A stretch of DNA of 64,000 nucleotides from Bacillota bacterium (GCA_050951805.1 JBMNJT010000002.1:288001-352000), one strand, 5' to 3'. Positions 51,747 to 61,889 are shown, counted from the first letter of the stretch. Notes: a model not told the origin generated them from the letters alone. A program made the numbers and translations.

Positions 51747-53045
51747 TCAGGCAGGCGTTCTAACAACCAGTGGCGTATTCGCCAGTCGGCAGCGCCCGTG
51801 TTCTTGCGCCTTTTCCCTTCTGCCTAAGCACACCTCTGCGTGGCATTCCTTCAGTTCATCAAGGCAGACTTCTCCATACTTGCCTGCCAGATTGATCAGG
51901 GCGACGTAGGAAGAACCGCTTCCACGCCAGACTATCTTGACTACCCCGTCCACGAGCTGGGAGACGGAAAAATGTGTGCAGGTGCCTTTGATCTTCTTGG
52001 ACAGCTCAAGTGCGTTTTCCATGAAGGCCGTGAATTCGTAGTCGCCGTTTGTCCAGTCTATTGGATCAGCTCCGAAAAGGTCGGGATAGTGTGCGGAAGC
52101 TATTTCCTGCCCGGCGTAAACCAGGGTTGCGCCGGGAAGCAGCGTATAGAAGACTGTCCAGTTCATTAAGGATCCCTTGTCCCTGATCATCTCCGCGGCT
52201 CGCGGGTTGTCGTGGTTCTCGATGAATCGCATTTTGACTGCGTGTGCCGGGTATAAGGTTTCCTGGATGTAAAGATGGTTGAGGTAGGCGTCGAGTCGAC
52301 ACTGGCCTTGGATGTACCCCTTGAGATAATCAAATCCGTCATAGTCGTATGTGAGATCGAATGCAGCATGAAGCTCGGGGTCGGAATGGGCCGTCCATCC
52401 GGTATCGCGCAGGATCTTGATGAAGGACTTGTCGACGCTTTCTGCAAGCCATATCAGGTTCTCCTTCCGCCCGCGCGAAAGCTCTTTGCGGGCCGTGAGC
52501 CAGAAATCGAGGGGCACCAGTGACGCTACATCGCAGCGGAAACCATCCACGCCCATCTGCACCCACTTGCGGAGTGTCTCTATTTGGTAATCCCAAAGGC
52601 CCTGTTGGCTGTAGTCAAGATCGTATACATCCCACCAATCCGGGACCTTGGTGGCCGGGTTCCCATGGTCATCCTGGAGAAACCACTCAGGATGTTGAGC
52701 GAGGAGAACGCTATCGCGGGAGGTATGGTTGAAAACAACATCAATTATTACCTTCATGCCCAAGGCATGTGCTTTGTTGATGAGTTCGTGAAAGGACTGC
52801 TCATCACCGAGGTCGGGGTTGATGGCGCGGTAGTCCCTGATCGCATAAGGACTGCCTAGGCTCCCCTTTCGGTTGGCTGCGCCTATGGGATGGATGGGCA
52901 TTAGCCAGAGAACGTCAGCATGTAGGCGTGATATTCTCTCGAGGTCGTGACAGAGTCCGGCGAATGTTCCGCTTTTCGAGTGGTTTCGAGGAAATGCCTC
53001 GTATATGACTGAGCTCTTGATCCAATTCGGAGTATCAATGGCCAT
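51747..53045 (-). CDS. GH13 alpha-amylase-family glycosidase (no signal peptide)
   Basis: LMPIHP, GSPYAIRDY, DVVFNH, DGFRCDVA, LAE and ENHD catalytic regions. Confidence 0.92.
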   Translation of the reverse strand: MAIDTPNWIKSSVIYEAFPRNHSKSGTFAGLCHDLERISRLHADVLWLMPIHPIGAANRKGSLGSPYAIRDYRAINPDLGDEQSFHELINKAHALGMKVIIDVVFNHTSRDSVLLAQHPEWFLQDDHGNPATKVPDWWDVYDLDYSQQGLWDYQIETLRKWVQMGVDGFRCDVASLVPLDFWLTARKELSRGRKENLIWLAESVDKSFIKILRDTGWTAHSDPELHAAFDLTYDYDGFDYLKGYIQGQCRLDAYLNHLYIQETLYPAHAVKMRFIENHDNPRAAEMIRDKGSLMNWTVFYTLLPGATLVYAGQEIASAHYPDLFGADPIDWTNGDYEFTAFMENALELSKKIKGTCTHFSVSQLVDGVVKIVWRGSGSSYVALINLAGKYGEVCLDELKECHAEVCLGRREKAQEHGRCRLANTPLVVRTPA

Positions 53046-53285
53046 TGATGCGACCTCCTGTGTGGTAATCTCTCAGCTGAGCTGGTTGGGCCGTCAGGCA
53101 TGCGAATCATGGCTTCGCGTTGGCCTTTGCCTGAGGAACTAGTGCATATCATTTCGCCTGGCATGACTGCAATCCTTCTTAGGCCCATTTCCTTGTTGCA
53201 CCTGGCATGTGCCGGTTACATGAAGGTCATATCATGTTCACAGATGAAAGAGCAACGTTATGGCTAACGATTATCAAAAGAGATA

Positions 53286-53314
53286 TTGACATTGTCCATA
53301 AGTACCTTTATGAT
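53286..53314 (+). promoter_or_regulatory. Near-consensus sigma-A promoter
   Basis: TTGACA-17 bp-TATGAT in an AT-rich region. Confidence 0.8.
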
Positions 53315-53372
53315 ATTAATAACAGTATGAATAAGATTGATAAATGTGGTGCTCAGAGTTGGAGGGGCAGAG

Positions 53373-53531
53373 ATGATACTCATGATCGGTGATGTGAAGA
53401 TTGAGATCACACGTAAAGAGAGTAATAATCTGGAAGAAACGGTCAGACGCGATTCAGTAGCTAAGGGCGCCTGGGAGGCTCGGCGGGCTTATGAGAGCGC
53501 GGCCATCAGTTATATTGCAGGATTTAGGTAA
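53373..53531 (+). CDS. 52-aa small protein, possibly YrzI-like
   Basis: GGAGGGG RBS downstream of the strong promoter; MILMIGDVKIEITRKE... pattern resembles Bacillota YrzI small proteins. Confidence 0.6.
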   Translation: MILMIGDVKIEITRKESNNLEETVRRDSVAKGAWEARRAYESAAISYIAGFR

Positions 53532-53606
53532 TGAGAGGCGCTCTGCAGAATACGTGGCGCCCGCCGCACTGTTTCCCCGATTATGCTCGGTGTGCCGCCT
53601 TCTAAC

Positions 53607-53636
53607 GCATAAACCACTCTTGCCTGTGCAAAACTG
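53607..53636 (+). promoter_or_regulatory. Putative sporulation (sigma-G-type) promoter
   Basis: GCATA-17 bp-CAAAACT immediately upstream of a coat-type gene. Confidence 0.55.
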
Positions 53637-53654
53637 GTGGGTGAGGTGGTGTAT

Positions 53655-54182
53655 TTGAAGAACAAGCTCACGCAAAAGGAGCAATCTTTGCTCAGTGACC
53701 AGTTAAACCACGAGAAACTGTGCATCCAGAAATACAACAACTACGCTCAGCAGGCTGAGGATCCACAGCTTAAGCAATTGTTCAGCCAGTATGCGTCCCA
53801 GGAGCAGGAGCACTATGACACCATAAACCAGTTGCTCCAGGGGAACCAGATGATTATCAGCGCAGGCGAGGGCCGGACAGAGATGATTCAGGGCGGTCCG
53901 GGAGTGGGCCGGTATTCAATGGAAGTCGGGACTATTGGCCAACATGCGAGTCAAACTGCCAACCATGGAATGACGGGCCTGCGGAACCAGAATGATGCCA
54001 CATTGGTCATGGACATGTTGGCTACGGAGAAATTCGTTTCGAGTACGTATGATACGGGGGTCTTCGAGTCCGCAAACTCCAACGTACGCCAGGCTCTCCA
54101 ACATATCCAGCAAGAAGAACAGCAACATGGCGAAGGACTCTTCAACTATTTGAGTGAGCACGGAGTGTACAATCCGCAATAG
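53655..54182 (+). CDS. Spore coat protein, ferritin-like / Coat F domain
   Basis: HEKLCIQKY...DPQLK.LF...EQEH and DMLATEK...Y...FES...RQAL.HIQ.EEQ.HG..LF.Y...G.Y; likely TTG start after GAGGTG. Confidence 0.85.
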   Translation: MKNKLTQKEQSLLSDQLNHEKLCIQKYNNYAQQAEDPQLKQLFSQYASQEQEHYDTINQLLQGNQMIISAGEGRTEMIQGGPGVGRYSMEVGTIGQHASQTANHGMTGLRNQNDATLVMDMLATEKFVSSTYDTGVFESANSNVRQALQHIQQEEQQHGEGLFNYLSEHGVYNPQ

Positions 54183-54323
54183 GGTGAACGCCGGATTGCC
54201 GAACGCGGCCACAGACGTTGCCATGCGCAACCAAGGACAACGATGCCTTTGGGAGGAGGGCAGACGAAGCGAGGACCGAGAGGCTGGGTCGGGTGCGCGT
54301 TGCGGGCAACAGGCCTGGGGGGG

Positions 54324-54377
54324 CGCAATCAGGGGGAGGGCGTTGGTTGGGCGACCGGCGCCCTCCCCTTGATTGCG
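54324..54377 (+). other. 25-bp RNA hairpin whose only non-Watson-Crick pairs are G-U
   Basis: 54324-54348 pairs fully with 54353-54377, with a 4-nt loop and four G-U pairs; no U-tract. Confidence 0.8.
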
Positions 54378-54386
54378 TGTGGGAGG

Positions 54387-56051
54387 TTACACGTTGTTAC
54401 TTCTATTTGTCCAGGGTGCGATCCCGGCCTTGTCCTCACGGCGTATGTTTTTTGGTTGCTCCGGCTCCTCTGGCCCTAGAGACCACCTAACGCCTTGGTC
54501 TTGCCAGGTTGGGAGCCACGGCAGCGGTCCTAGGTTCTCGTAGCGGATCATCTTGCCAAGGGCAATGCCTGCTTGAGCCTGGTTAGGATATTGAGCAATT
54601 AATGATCCAAGTCCTTTAGGCACAGACACGGGCGTTGCTCCACTCGACTTGACCGACAGGATTGAGGTGAGTATGTGTCTTGCCGACTCAACCTGAACCG
54701 CTGTGAACTGGGTCAGTGTGCAACTAGTGCCTTGGGAGGGAGCTGCATAGTACACCAGTGGATTGGCGGTCAGATCGAGCGCGGCGATATAGGCGAGAGC
54801 CGCCGCGAATTGAGAGGCATCATCAGATTCCATGATATAGATGAATGCCGGCAGATTGATTATGTCCCTTTCTATTCGCTGATAAGTCTCGCGGCTTGCC
54901 ACGATCACCGGAACCATCCTGTTCACTAGGGGCACAGCCACTTTGTGCTGAAGTTCCTTGCTGTTTTCGGCAATCTGAACTTTAAGGTCAACCCACAGGC
55001 GGTTGCTGCCTGCAACGGGGGGTTGGACTTTTTCGATGAATCTATAACCCGGGCTAGCTACAAGGACTGATCCGGGCGGAGTATCCCCATACGATTTGGG
55101 CATGTGCGATGCCAGGAATGAGGCTGTGAGATATTCGCCAGCATAGGCCGGATAATAGTGGCTCCCATTGGTCCAGATCTGTTCTGCTTTGCCCAAAGTG
55201 TTATAGAGACGAAGCGCTTCAGCCGGAGTTATGATCGCATCCGATGTCCCGTTCATCATCAGCACTGGCCTGGGATACAGGTCGGGGATGTTTATGGGAT
55301 CCACTATCTGGAGGGTGTCGATGAACTTCTGGGGATTCAAAAGCTTCACACTGGCTGCCTGGCGGAAGGCTGAGACGACTGACAGGTCGCTGTTGTCGAC
55401 GATGCCGTCCACACCCGATCCAGCGACAACGAAAACGCCGTTGCGAATTCTCGGCTCTATCTTGTAAGTGAGGGAACCGACTATTCCGCCCATGCTGACC
55501 CCCGCGATGGAGATTGCCGATGGATTGATCTCCGGACGCATGCTGAGCCAGTCCACCGCGCGCCGCTGGTCGACCACTGCTTGCCTCAGGTTGTCCCGGA
55601 TGGTTTCCGGAGTCCCTACTACGAATCTTTGGCCGGATACGAACTGTTTTCCCTTGGCTCTCCTATGGTGCTGTGGCAGACTGGGTGCGAGGGCCGCGAT
55701 GCCCCGCTTTGCCAGGAAGTCCGCCATCATCCAAAACTGCTCTTCGGAATCGGAGAAGACCCCGTGTAGCCCTATGCTACATGGACAAGGCTGGGATTTA
55801 GCGGTTACTGGAACGAAATAGTGGGCGTATACTGTGTCGCCTTCGCTCTTGTACGACACATCGTAATGGAGATACCATTGATTGTCGTTGAGCAATGTGA
55901 AGGAGATTTCAAAGGGCTGTGCTGTATCGTACGCGTAGAATTCTGTGATCTTCTTGCGCCAGGCGTCGTCTTCAGAATTTGCCCAGACGGAGCTTGCCAC
56001 AAAGATCAGCAAAGTTGATACTATAATCGTGGTGATCCGTTTTCTTTTCAT
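54387..56051 (-). CDS. Exported alpha/beta hydrolase with a C-terminal domain of unknown function
   Basis: Signal peptide, LHG, GVSMGG nucleophile elbow, NGTSD and GSH. Confidence 0.8.
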   Translation of the reverse strand: MKRKRITTIIVSTLLIFVASSVWANSEDDAWRKKITEFYAYDTAQPFEISFTLLNDNQWYLHYDVSYKSEGDTVYAHYFVPVTAKSQPCPCSIGLHGVFSDSEEQFWMMADFLAKRGIAALAPSLPQHHRRAKGKQFVSGQRFVVGTPETIRDNLRQAVVDQRRAVDWLSMRPEINPSAISIAGVSMGGIVGSLTYKIEPRIRNGVFVVAGSGVDGIVDNSDLSVVSAFRQAASVKLLNPQKFIDTLQIVDPINIPDLYPRPVLMMNGTSDAIITPAEALRLYNTLGKAEQIWTNGSHYYPAYAGEYLTASFLASHMPKSYGDTPPGSVLVASPGYRFIEKVQPPVAGSNRLWVDLKVQIAENSKELQHKVAVPLVNRMVPVIVASRETYQRIERDIINLPAFIYIMESDDASQFAAALAYIAALDLTANPLVYYAAPSQGTSCTLTQFTAVQVESARHILTSILSVKSSGATPVSVPKGLGSLIAQYPNQAQAGIALGKMIRYENLGPLPWLPTWQDQGVRWSLGPEEPEQPKNIRREDKAGIAPWTNRSNNV

Positions 56052-56186
56052 TGCAGGACTCTACCCTTTCGTTAGGTTTGAGGGGTTTGTTCTATTATAA
56101 TACAACTCCGCCCTGACGAGGAGTAAAGGCCATCTGTACGAAGAATATCTTGGCGTTGCCCGTAATGGAAACGAGGAGGTGCGCAC

Positions 56187-57119
56187 GTGTCGCTTAAGAA
56201 GACGATGCCTGATAGAGCATGTAGCGTCACTGGGGTCAGGGAGATCGCAAGTCCTACAGATCCCCAGCTGGGGCTGGCCTACGTTCATCTCGGAATGGTC
56301 AGTGTGGAGGCTGGTGAGGACAGGGCCTTCAATTTCGGTCCTCTCGAAACTGTAGCGGTCATCTTGTGCGGTGTTGCCGAGGTGGCCTGGGAAGACGAGG
56401 ATGGTGTCGAGCGGCGTGAGACGATTGGCGGCAGAAGGGATGTCTTCGACGGCCCTCCGTGGGCATTCTTTGCCCATCCGTTCACAACGTTCGAAGTGAA
56501 GGGATTATCTCCGTTTGTGGAGATGGCGCTTGTGAGGGCGGAGCAGCCTGAGCCTGGGCCTGACTGTCTGTACGAATGCGGATGTGTTGAGGGTGGTTGT
56601 GAAACCATGGAGATGCGAGCGGGAGCTGAGGAAACTGTCTGCGGACGAGAGCTCAGGTTAGACTGTGGCGTGGAGATAATCTCGCCTGACGAGGTTGTCT
56701 GCAGGAAGCTGGGGGAGCGGACTGTCAGCACCATTGTGGGTGCAAAGACTTCTGCAGGGGCACGACGGCTGATTGTGGGGGAATCTATGGCATGCCGGGG
56801 CAACTGGCTTGCATATCCAGGGCACAAGCATGATGAGGATGTTCTTGGCGAGGAGACGAGGCTGGAGGAGGTTTGCCACTTTCGCTTCAGGCCCGAGAGG
56901 GGATTCGGTATGGGCCGGGTCTACTCTCCGAAGCGTCGGTTCGACCAGTCGTACACGATTGAAAACGGAGATACGTTGGCTATTCCATTTGGATACCACA
57001 CTTTTGCTGTGGCACCGGGATATGATGCGTACTGTTTGTGGGCGCTTGGCGGCGAGAGGCGGCAGCTCTTGTTGCGAGAGGACGAGCGACATGCATGGGT
57101 CCGTCATATCGGAAGATAG
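56187..57119 (+). CDS. KduI/IolB-family isomerase (5-deoxy-glucuronate isomerase-like), divergent
   Basis: GGRRDVF, GNWLAYPGHKHD, LEE and IPFGYH...APGY. Confidence 0.8.
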   Translation: MSLKKTMPDRACSVTGVREIASPTDPQLGLAYVHLGMVSVEAGEDRAFNFGPLETVAVILCGVAEVAWEDEDGVERRETIGGRRDVFDGPPWAFFAHPFTTFEVKGLSPFVEMALVRAEQPEPGPDCLYECGCVEGGCETMEMRAGAEETVCGRELRLDCGVEIISPDEVVCRKLGERTVSTIVGAKTSAGARRLIVGESMACRGNWLAYPGHKHDEDVLGEETRLEEVCHFRFRPERGFGMGRVYSPKRRFDQSYTIENGDTLAIPFGYHTFAVAPGYDAYCLWALGGERRQLLLREDERHAWVRHIGR

Positions 57120-57249
57120 CGTACTGGATTGGCAGGGGCGCCCTGCCGAGCTGAGAGTCATCGATGTTTAGTGGATGGGCACGGATGAGATGGTTCGGGT
57201 CTGCACCCGGTAATAGGATTGTTTTTATGGGGTGGCTGCGGTAAACAGA

Positions 57250-57801
57250 CTATATTCTGTAGGTTGCCAGACGGTTTCCCAATGTGCCTGCGAAGGCCGC
57301 CTTTAGCAGGTCGCCTGGGAGGTATGGAAGCGCGCCGACGACGAAGGCACGCGGCAGAGGCATTTGTGTTGCCAGGCTCAGCTGGACGACTCCGAAGATG
57401 TAGACGACTGCCACACCGCCGATTGCTGAGGCGATGGCACATTTTTGCCATGTCAGCCCGTTCCCTTTTGAAATGTGCATCTTAACAATCCACGAGGAGA
57501 CATAGGCGCCTGCCGCCATTCCCCAAAGGTACCCTCCTGTGGGCCCTAGAAGCACCCCGATGCCTGCGTGGCCTCCTGCATAGACGGGCAGCCCCACTGC
57601 GCCTGCGAGCAAGTAAACGAGCTGGCTTGCTGCCGCGGCTTTGGGTGAAAGCAGCAGGCCGGCCAACATTGCTCCGAAGGATTGTCCCGAGACCGGAACA
57701 GGGCTGAATGGGACTGGAAAGGAGATGTGGGCCAGTACTGCTGTGATGGCGCCGAACATAGCGCCTCTGGCCAATGATTTTATCTCATAGCTTTTCCCCA
57801 T
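57250..57801 (-). CDS. bioY: Biotin transporter S component
   Basis: PVPVSGQ, YLLAGAVGLPVYAGG, GPTGGYL.G and PYLPGDLLK. Confidence 0.93.
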   Translation of the reverse strand: MGKSYEIKSLARGAMFGAITAVLAHISFPVPFSPVPVSGQSFGAMLAGLLLSPKAAAASQLVYLLAGAVGLPVYAGGHAGIGVLLGPTGGYLWGMAAGAYVSSWIVKMHISKGNGLTWQKCAIASAIGGVAVVYIFGVVQLSLATQMPLPRAFVVGALPYLPGDLLKAAFAGTLGNRLATYRI

Positions 57802-57921
57802 AGATTGCATAGATCTATCACATGCCTTGATGAGTAGTGCAATAAGGTGGTGAGGGACGAGCCTGCCCCCGTTTCCCATTCTATCCCGATGCGACTAGCT
57901 GAATCAACCGAGCGCTACTGC

Positions 57922-58467
57922 TTACATCTCTTTTAAAAGAGATTTTGCCTGCCTGAACAGAGGCGTTCCCGCGGCCCCCACTATTTCGAACGCCGCTGCT
58001 TGTGCTGTAGATATCACAGCACCCGCGTGGCGCATCCGTTCGATTGCGGTCTTCCTGTCGAATGATTTTACTGAGGATGAGGCATCTGCTAGGACGTACA
58101 CCTCGTATCCGATGGCCATTGCGTCGAGAGCGGTCTGAGCCACGCAGATATGGGTCTCCACACCAAGAAGGATCAATTGCTCAGCTTGACTTTGGCGGAC
58201 AGCTGATTCGATCTCAGGGGATCTGAGAGCGCTAAAGGTCATCTTTGGAAAGACAGGTGAATCCCCAAGAGCATCCCGCATGAGATCGGTGGTGGTGCCC
58301 AAACGATCGGGATTCTGCTCCAAGCGCAGAACGGGCATGCCGGCTAGGCGGGCCACTTTCACAAAACTGGTAGCCTGGGCAATGATCTCATCGCGGTCTT
58401 CGACTGTGGCCAGAATTTTGTCCTGGAAGTCGATGGAGATTGCCAAAGCTCTACCGGGTTCTATCAT
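57922..58467 (-). CDS. Isochorismatase-family hydrolase
   Basis: IDFQ, EQNP..LG, KMTFS and GVETHICVAQTALD. Start moved to ATG 58467 after GGAGG. Confidence 0.9.
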   Translation of the reverse strand: MIEPGRALAISIDFQDKILATVEDRDEIIAQATSFVKVARLAGMPVLRLEQNPDRLGTTTDLMRDALGDSPVFPKMTFSALRSPEIESAVRQSQAEQLILLGVETHICVAQTALDAMAIGYEVYVLADASSSVKSFDRKTAIERMRHAGAVISTAQAAAFEIVGAAGTPLFRQAKSLLKEM

Positions 58468-58902
58468 TCGAGGCCTCCATTTCAAATCCAACTCTAACAC
58501 CCCCGTGCACAGGTATTCGGCGCCGAGGATTCCTCTCCTTCGAAGGAGTGCGTTGGAATCGCCAATGGACTGGTTAGAAGTGAGCGGGATTCGGGGGTAC
58601 ACATAAGATAGTAAGGAGGAGAAAGATCGCAAAGGATAAAATTGAGTCATGTGGAACCATTACGGGTGCATAATGGGATGAGAAGCCAGCGGTAGCGGGC
58701 ACTTGGCGGTCATACGAGGCTTGCGATTTCGCTGCCCATTCGGCTAAGGGGTCGGCGGCTGATATTGGGGATCTTCGATTCTGGGCTGGGCCGGGTGTGT
58801 TTATGGAGACAGGCATGGCGGCACCTGGTTGTCTTTGGGCGTTGCCGGTCGATATGTGGATGGATGAGGTTTTGCCGTATAGATCCACGGGAGGGGTAAA
58901 AA

Positions 58903-59391
58903 ATGCAGACGGAGAATCGCGAAAAACCTATGCCGGGGCCCCGAAGGGGCAAAGCAGGGTCTGTGTTGGGCTGGACGGTGTTGCTGATAGTACTCGTTAT
59001 TGCAGTCTTTGCGGTCGCAGGCGAGCTGATCTTCCGGCATGGAGCGGTTCCGTTGCCCGCTGGTGCAAAGCTACAGCACATATCATCTGTGAGGCTGCGG
59101 GATCTCGATGGGGATTTTGAAGTCGTAGCTATTGATGTCGGCAAGGTGCACGGGGTGCAGCCCGCTCTCGAGATTAGTATCAGTTTTTGGTCTATGATGG
59201 CGGATTTCGAGATCTCCCTCGTTGGGCCAAATGACGATGTGATGTGGCGGGAGGAATACAATGCGAAGATGGCCAGGGTGAGCACCCCAAAGATATCGTT
59301 TGAGACAGCTGCCCGCGGCCAGTGGCGTCTGATCCTCTCCGGACGGGCAAGGAACCTCATGCTGAGCGTGACGTGGAAGATCGATGAGTGA
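58903..59391 (+). CDS. Hypothetical single-TM protein with a beta-sandwich-like ectodomain
   Basis: GGAGGGG RBS, N-terminal TM segment, and GP.D...GQWRLIL beta pattern. Confidence 0.65.
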   Translation: MQTENREKPMPGPRRGKAGSVLGWTVLLIVLVIAVFAVAGELIFRHGAVPLPAGAKLQHISSVRLRDLDGDFEVVAIDVGKVHGVQPALEISISFWSMMADFEISLVGPNDDVMWREEYNAKMARVSTPKISFETAARGQWRLILSGRARNLMLSVTWKIDE

Positions 59392-60132
59392 CTTCGGAAA
59401 GATATTGTGAAGGCGTTATTTCCGCGAAGGACTATGCCCAATACAGGAGAGGCCCGTCTGCAGCAAAAAAGCAGAATCGGGCGGGCTCAATACGGCCTCG
59501 AAAAGGGGTGCAGGAGTTGACATATGACTACAGCGAGATCAGGACTAAACTCGTCCGTGACAGGTTTAGGGAGACAAGTTTTGAGAATCGAGATTACATC
59601 GATGCACTGACTGGCGGTAATTTGCTATCCTCTCCCGCAGGTTTACGATGGAGCATCAGTGCATCGAGAAGGAGACGTGGGAGAAGGAGAAAAAACGCGG
59701 GTAAAAGCGATTGCGGAATCAACGGAAGGAGCTTGGCGGATTGTGCTGTGGGCAAATGGCGAGGACCTCTCACCTCACTCCAAAAGGCGTATGATATCCA
59801 TTCAATCACCTCACTTCATCTGTCCTGTCTGAACCGTAACTTTCATCATTGATGCTGCTTCAGTTTGTAGGCGCGAGACCCTGGGCAATCGGCAAATGGC
59901 GTTTCGGCCCAATCAAGTGGTCAAGCTCTCAATTGCGGGCAATGCAAACTCGGGGATCGCGCAGGAACTTATCGAGACTTGCTTGCAAACAAAACCTCGT
60001 GTGGTAAAGCAGGCCGGATGGCACCCGGCGAGGCTGGTCGATCGCTGACTGGCCGTTGCGAATCTATGGAGGTATGGGCGCTTAGGTGGGTAATATGTAA
60101 CATAGGCATATAAATGGACGCGGAGGGGATCG

Positions 60133-60510
60133 TTTGAAGCCTCGTAGGTGCCTGGAACAGACTGTGCGGCAATTGTTGTCGGAGTAATGCTTGTGTGTTC
60201 AACTTTGTCGTGGGCGGCGCAGGGAGTAGCCGACGAAGAGAAGTTAGGAGAGCTCATGGCGGAGCTAATCGAGCTCACGTTCGATTTTGAGGATGCTATT
60301 GGCAATGTGAATAACCTCGTGGAGGCGCAAAACGTATCCCGGGCAGAGTGGGTGCGGGAGTCAATAGACGGGCAGTCCGACAGGGCTTGGGGTTTGGCGG
60401 CGCTTTCGGATCAGTACACCGACGACGGGGACATCATGGAGGGGCAGGTATTCGGGTTTCTCGGAGCGTGGGCGCGGAGCACTCTGTCAGGGCTGCGTGC
60501 CCTGGATTAG
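60133..60510 (+). pseudogene. Possible degraded exported protein
   Basis: The RBS-linked TTG near 60134 is out of frame with the signal-peptide-like ORF 60148-60510. Confidence 0.35.
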
Positions 60511-60766
60511 GCAGCCTCATTGGTGCTGGATACGCGGACATTGCAACGCCTGGAATGTGGGCTCTTACGGCCCTGCTGACGAGCGCTGAGACATGTGACA
60601 CTCTCTAAGAGTGGCCACTGGATTCAGGTTCATGATAGATAGCATTTGGGAATAGTTCCGGACGCCTTGCGGTGTTGCCGGGCTGAGGGATGGTTTCAAG
60701 AGACAAGTGTGGAGGGCTGACGACGGGCAGGCCAATGCCATTGCGTTATCTGAGGAGGTGCGTGAA

Positions 60767-61711
60767 ATGAAGGAGAAGCTCAGGGTGAGGGCTGTTGCCA
60801 TGGTTGTTTTGGTGGCGGCAATAGTCTTTGGCTCCACGGTTTGCATCGGGGCGGCGGAGGTGCCTGCTAGCGGCCGCCTGAGGGTGGGGATTATCAGTTT
60901 CACGGGTTCTTTCAATTATCAGTTCGTTCAGTATGCATCGAATTGTCTGTCCGACACGCTGGTGGGCATCAAGAGGTTCGAGGTTGTTGAGAGGGAGCAC
61001 ATAGAGCGCATACTCTCCGAACAAAGGTTTCAGGTGTCAGGTGCTGTAAATCCTGATACTGCGGTCCGGCTCGGCGAGTTGCTCGGCATTGATTATGCAT
61101 TCGTCGGGTCGCTCGACAGATGCGAATGCAAGAGCGAGTTTTGGACGGATAAGGACGGCAAGAGGCATTACTATTACGCTGGATCTGCAGAGGCTTCCAT
61201 CAGGATCATCGACATGTCTACAGGGGCCATTCTTTCGAGTTTTCGGGTGACTGGCACAGGCAGCGATAATTCATCTACGTCGGCTGCGTGTATGAATGCG
61301 ATAAGGTCGTGTTTTGGCTCTTCCTTGCAGACGAAGATCGCTTCCGCTTTTCCCGTTGTCGGGAGGGTGCTCGAGTTCCGGAGCAAGAAAGAGGTCTATA
61401 TTTACACGGACGAGGAGGGTGTGCTTACCCGAGGAAGTGACTTTCGGATATTCCGCCCCAATGTGATTTCCGTAGGCGATCCGGGAATGCAGCATCAGTT
61501 CATGTCCGCTGACGAGGTGGGCGTGGTGAGAATTGAGGCCGTTCACGGGACTGTAGGCAGGGGCAAGGTTGTGGAGTCGTCAGGGGAGATAATGGCTGGC
61601 GACTACGCCGTCGAGATTCAGGGATACATGACTGCAGGAGAGGCGATAACGGGGATTTTAGGGGTGGTGGCTCTGATAGCCATGTTGGCGCTGCTTTCAA
61701 GCCTTCAGTGA
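60767..61711 (+). CDS. CsgG/HfaB-family envelope protein with a C-terminal beta domain and TM anchor
   Basis: Signal peptide, RFEVVERE.I..IL.EQ.FQ.SG.V.P.TA..LG.L.G.D, IRIIDM.TG.I; GAGGAGG RBS. Confidence 0.8.
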   Translation: MKEKLRVRAVAMVVLVAAIVFGSTVCIGAAEVPASGRLRVGIISFTGSFNYQFVQYASNCLSDTLVGIKRFEVVEREHIERILSEQRFQVSGAVNPDTAVRLGELLGIDYAFVGSLDRCECKSEFWTDKDGKRHYYYAGSAEASIRIIDMSTGAILSSFRVTGTGSDNSSTSAACMNAIRSCFGSSLQTKIASAFPVVGRVLEFRSKKEVYIYTDEEGVLTRGSDFRIFRPNVISVGDPGMQHQFMSADEVGVVRIEAVHGTVGRGKVVESSGEIMAGDYAVEIQGYMTAGEAITGILGVVALIAMLALLSSLQ

Positions 61712-61889
61712 CGGACCTTGGCGGTCCTGCTGACAAAGGCAAAAGGGCCTCTTCTGCCAACTCATCCTTGAAACCAGCCGACTTGTCCGCAGTCGGCGTA
61801 ACCTTCTCCGAGCTGCCGGAATCGGGGAAGTACAGAGGTTATGTGGGGATGCTGGCGAATAGTAGGAGCAGAATATCAGAGGCGGTGCA

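Noticed and set aside
59388-59852. 154-aa ORF, or a frameshifted paralogue of the upstream gene (another frame gives GAWRIVLW, resembling GQWRLIL)
   Set aside because: Similarity is too short to support a call; at most a decayed fragment.
60508-60510. Stop-codon recoding (Pyl/Sec) at in-frame stops in degraded ORFs
   Set aside because: No supporting recoding structure, context or conserved downstream domain; pseudogene decay is the simpler explanation.
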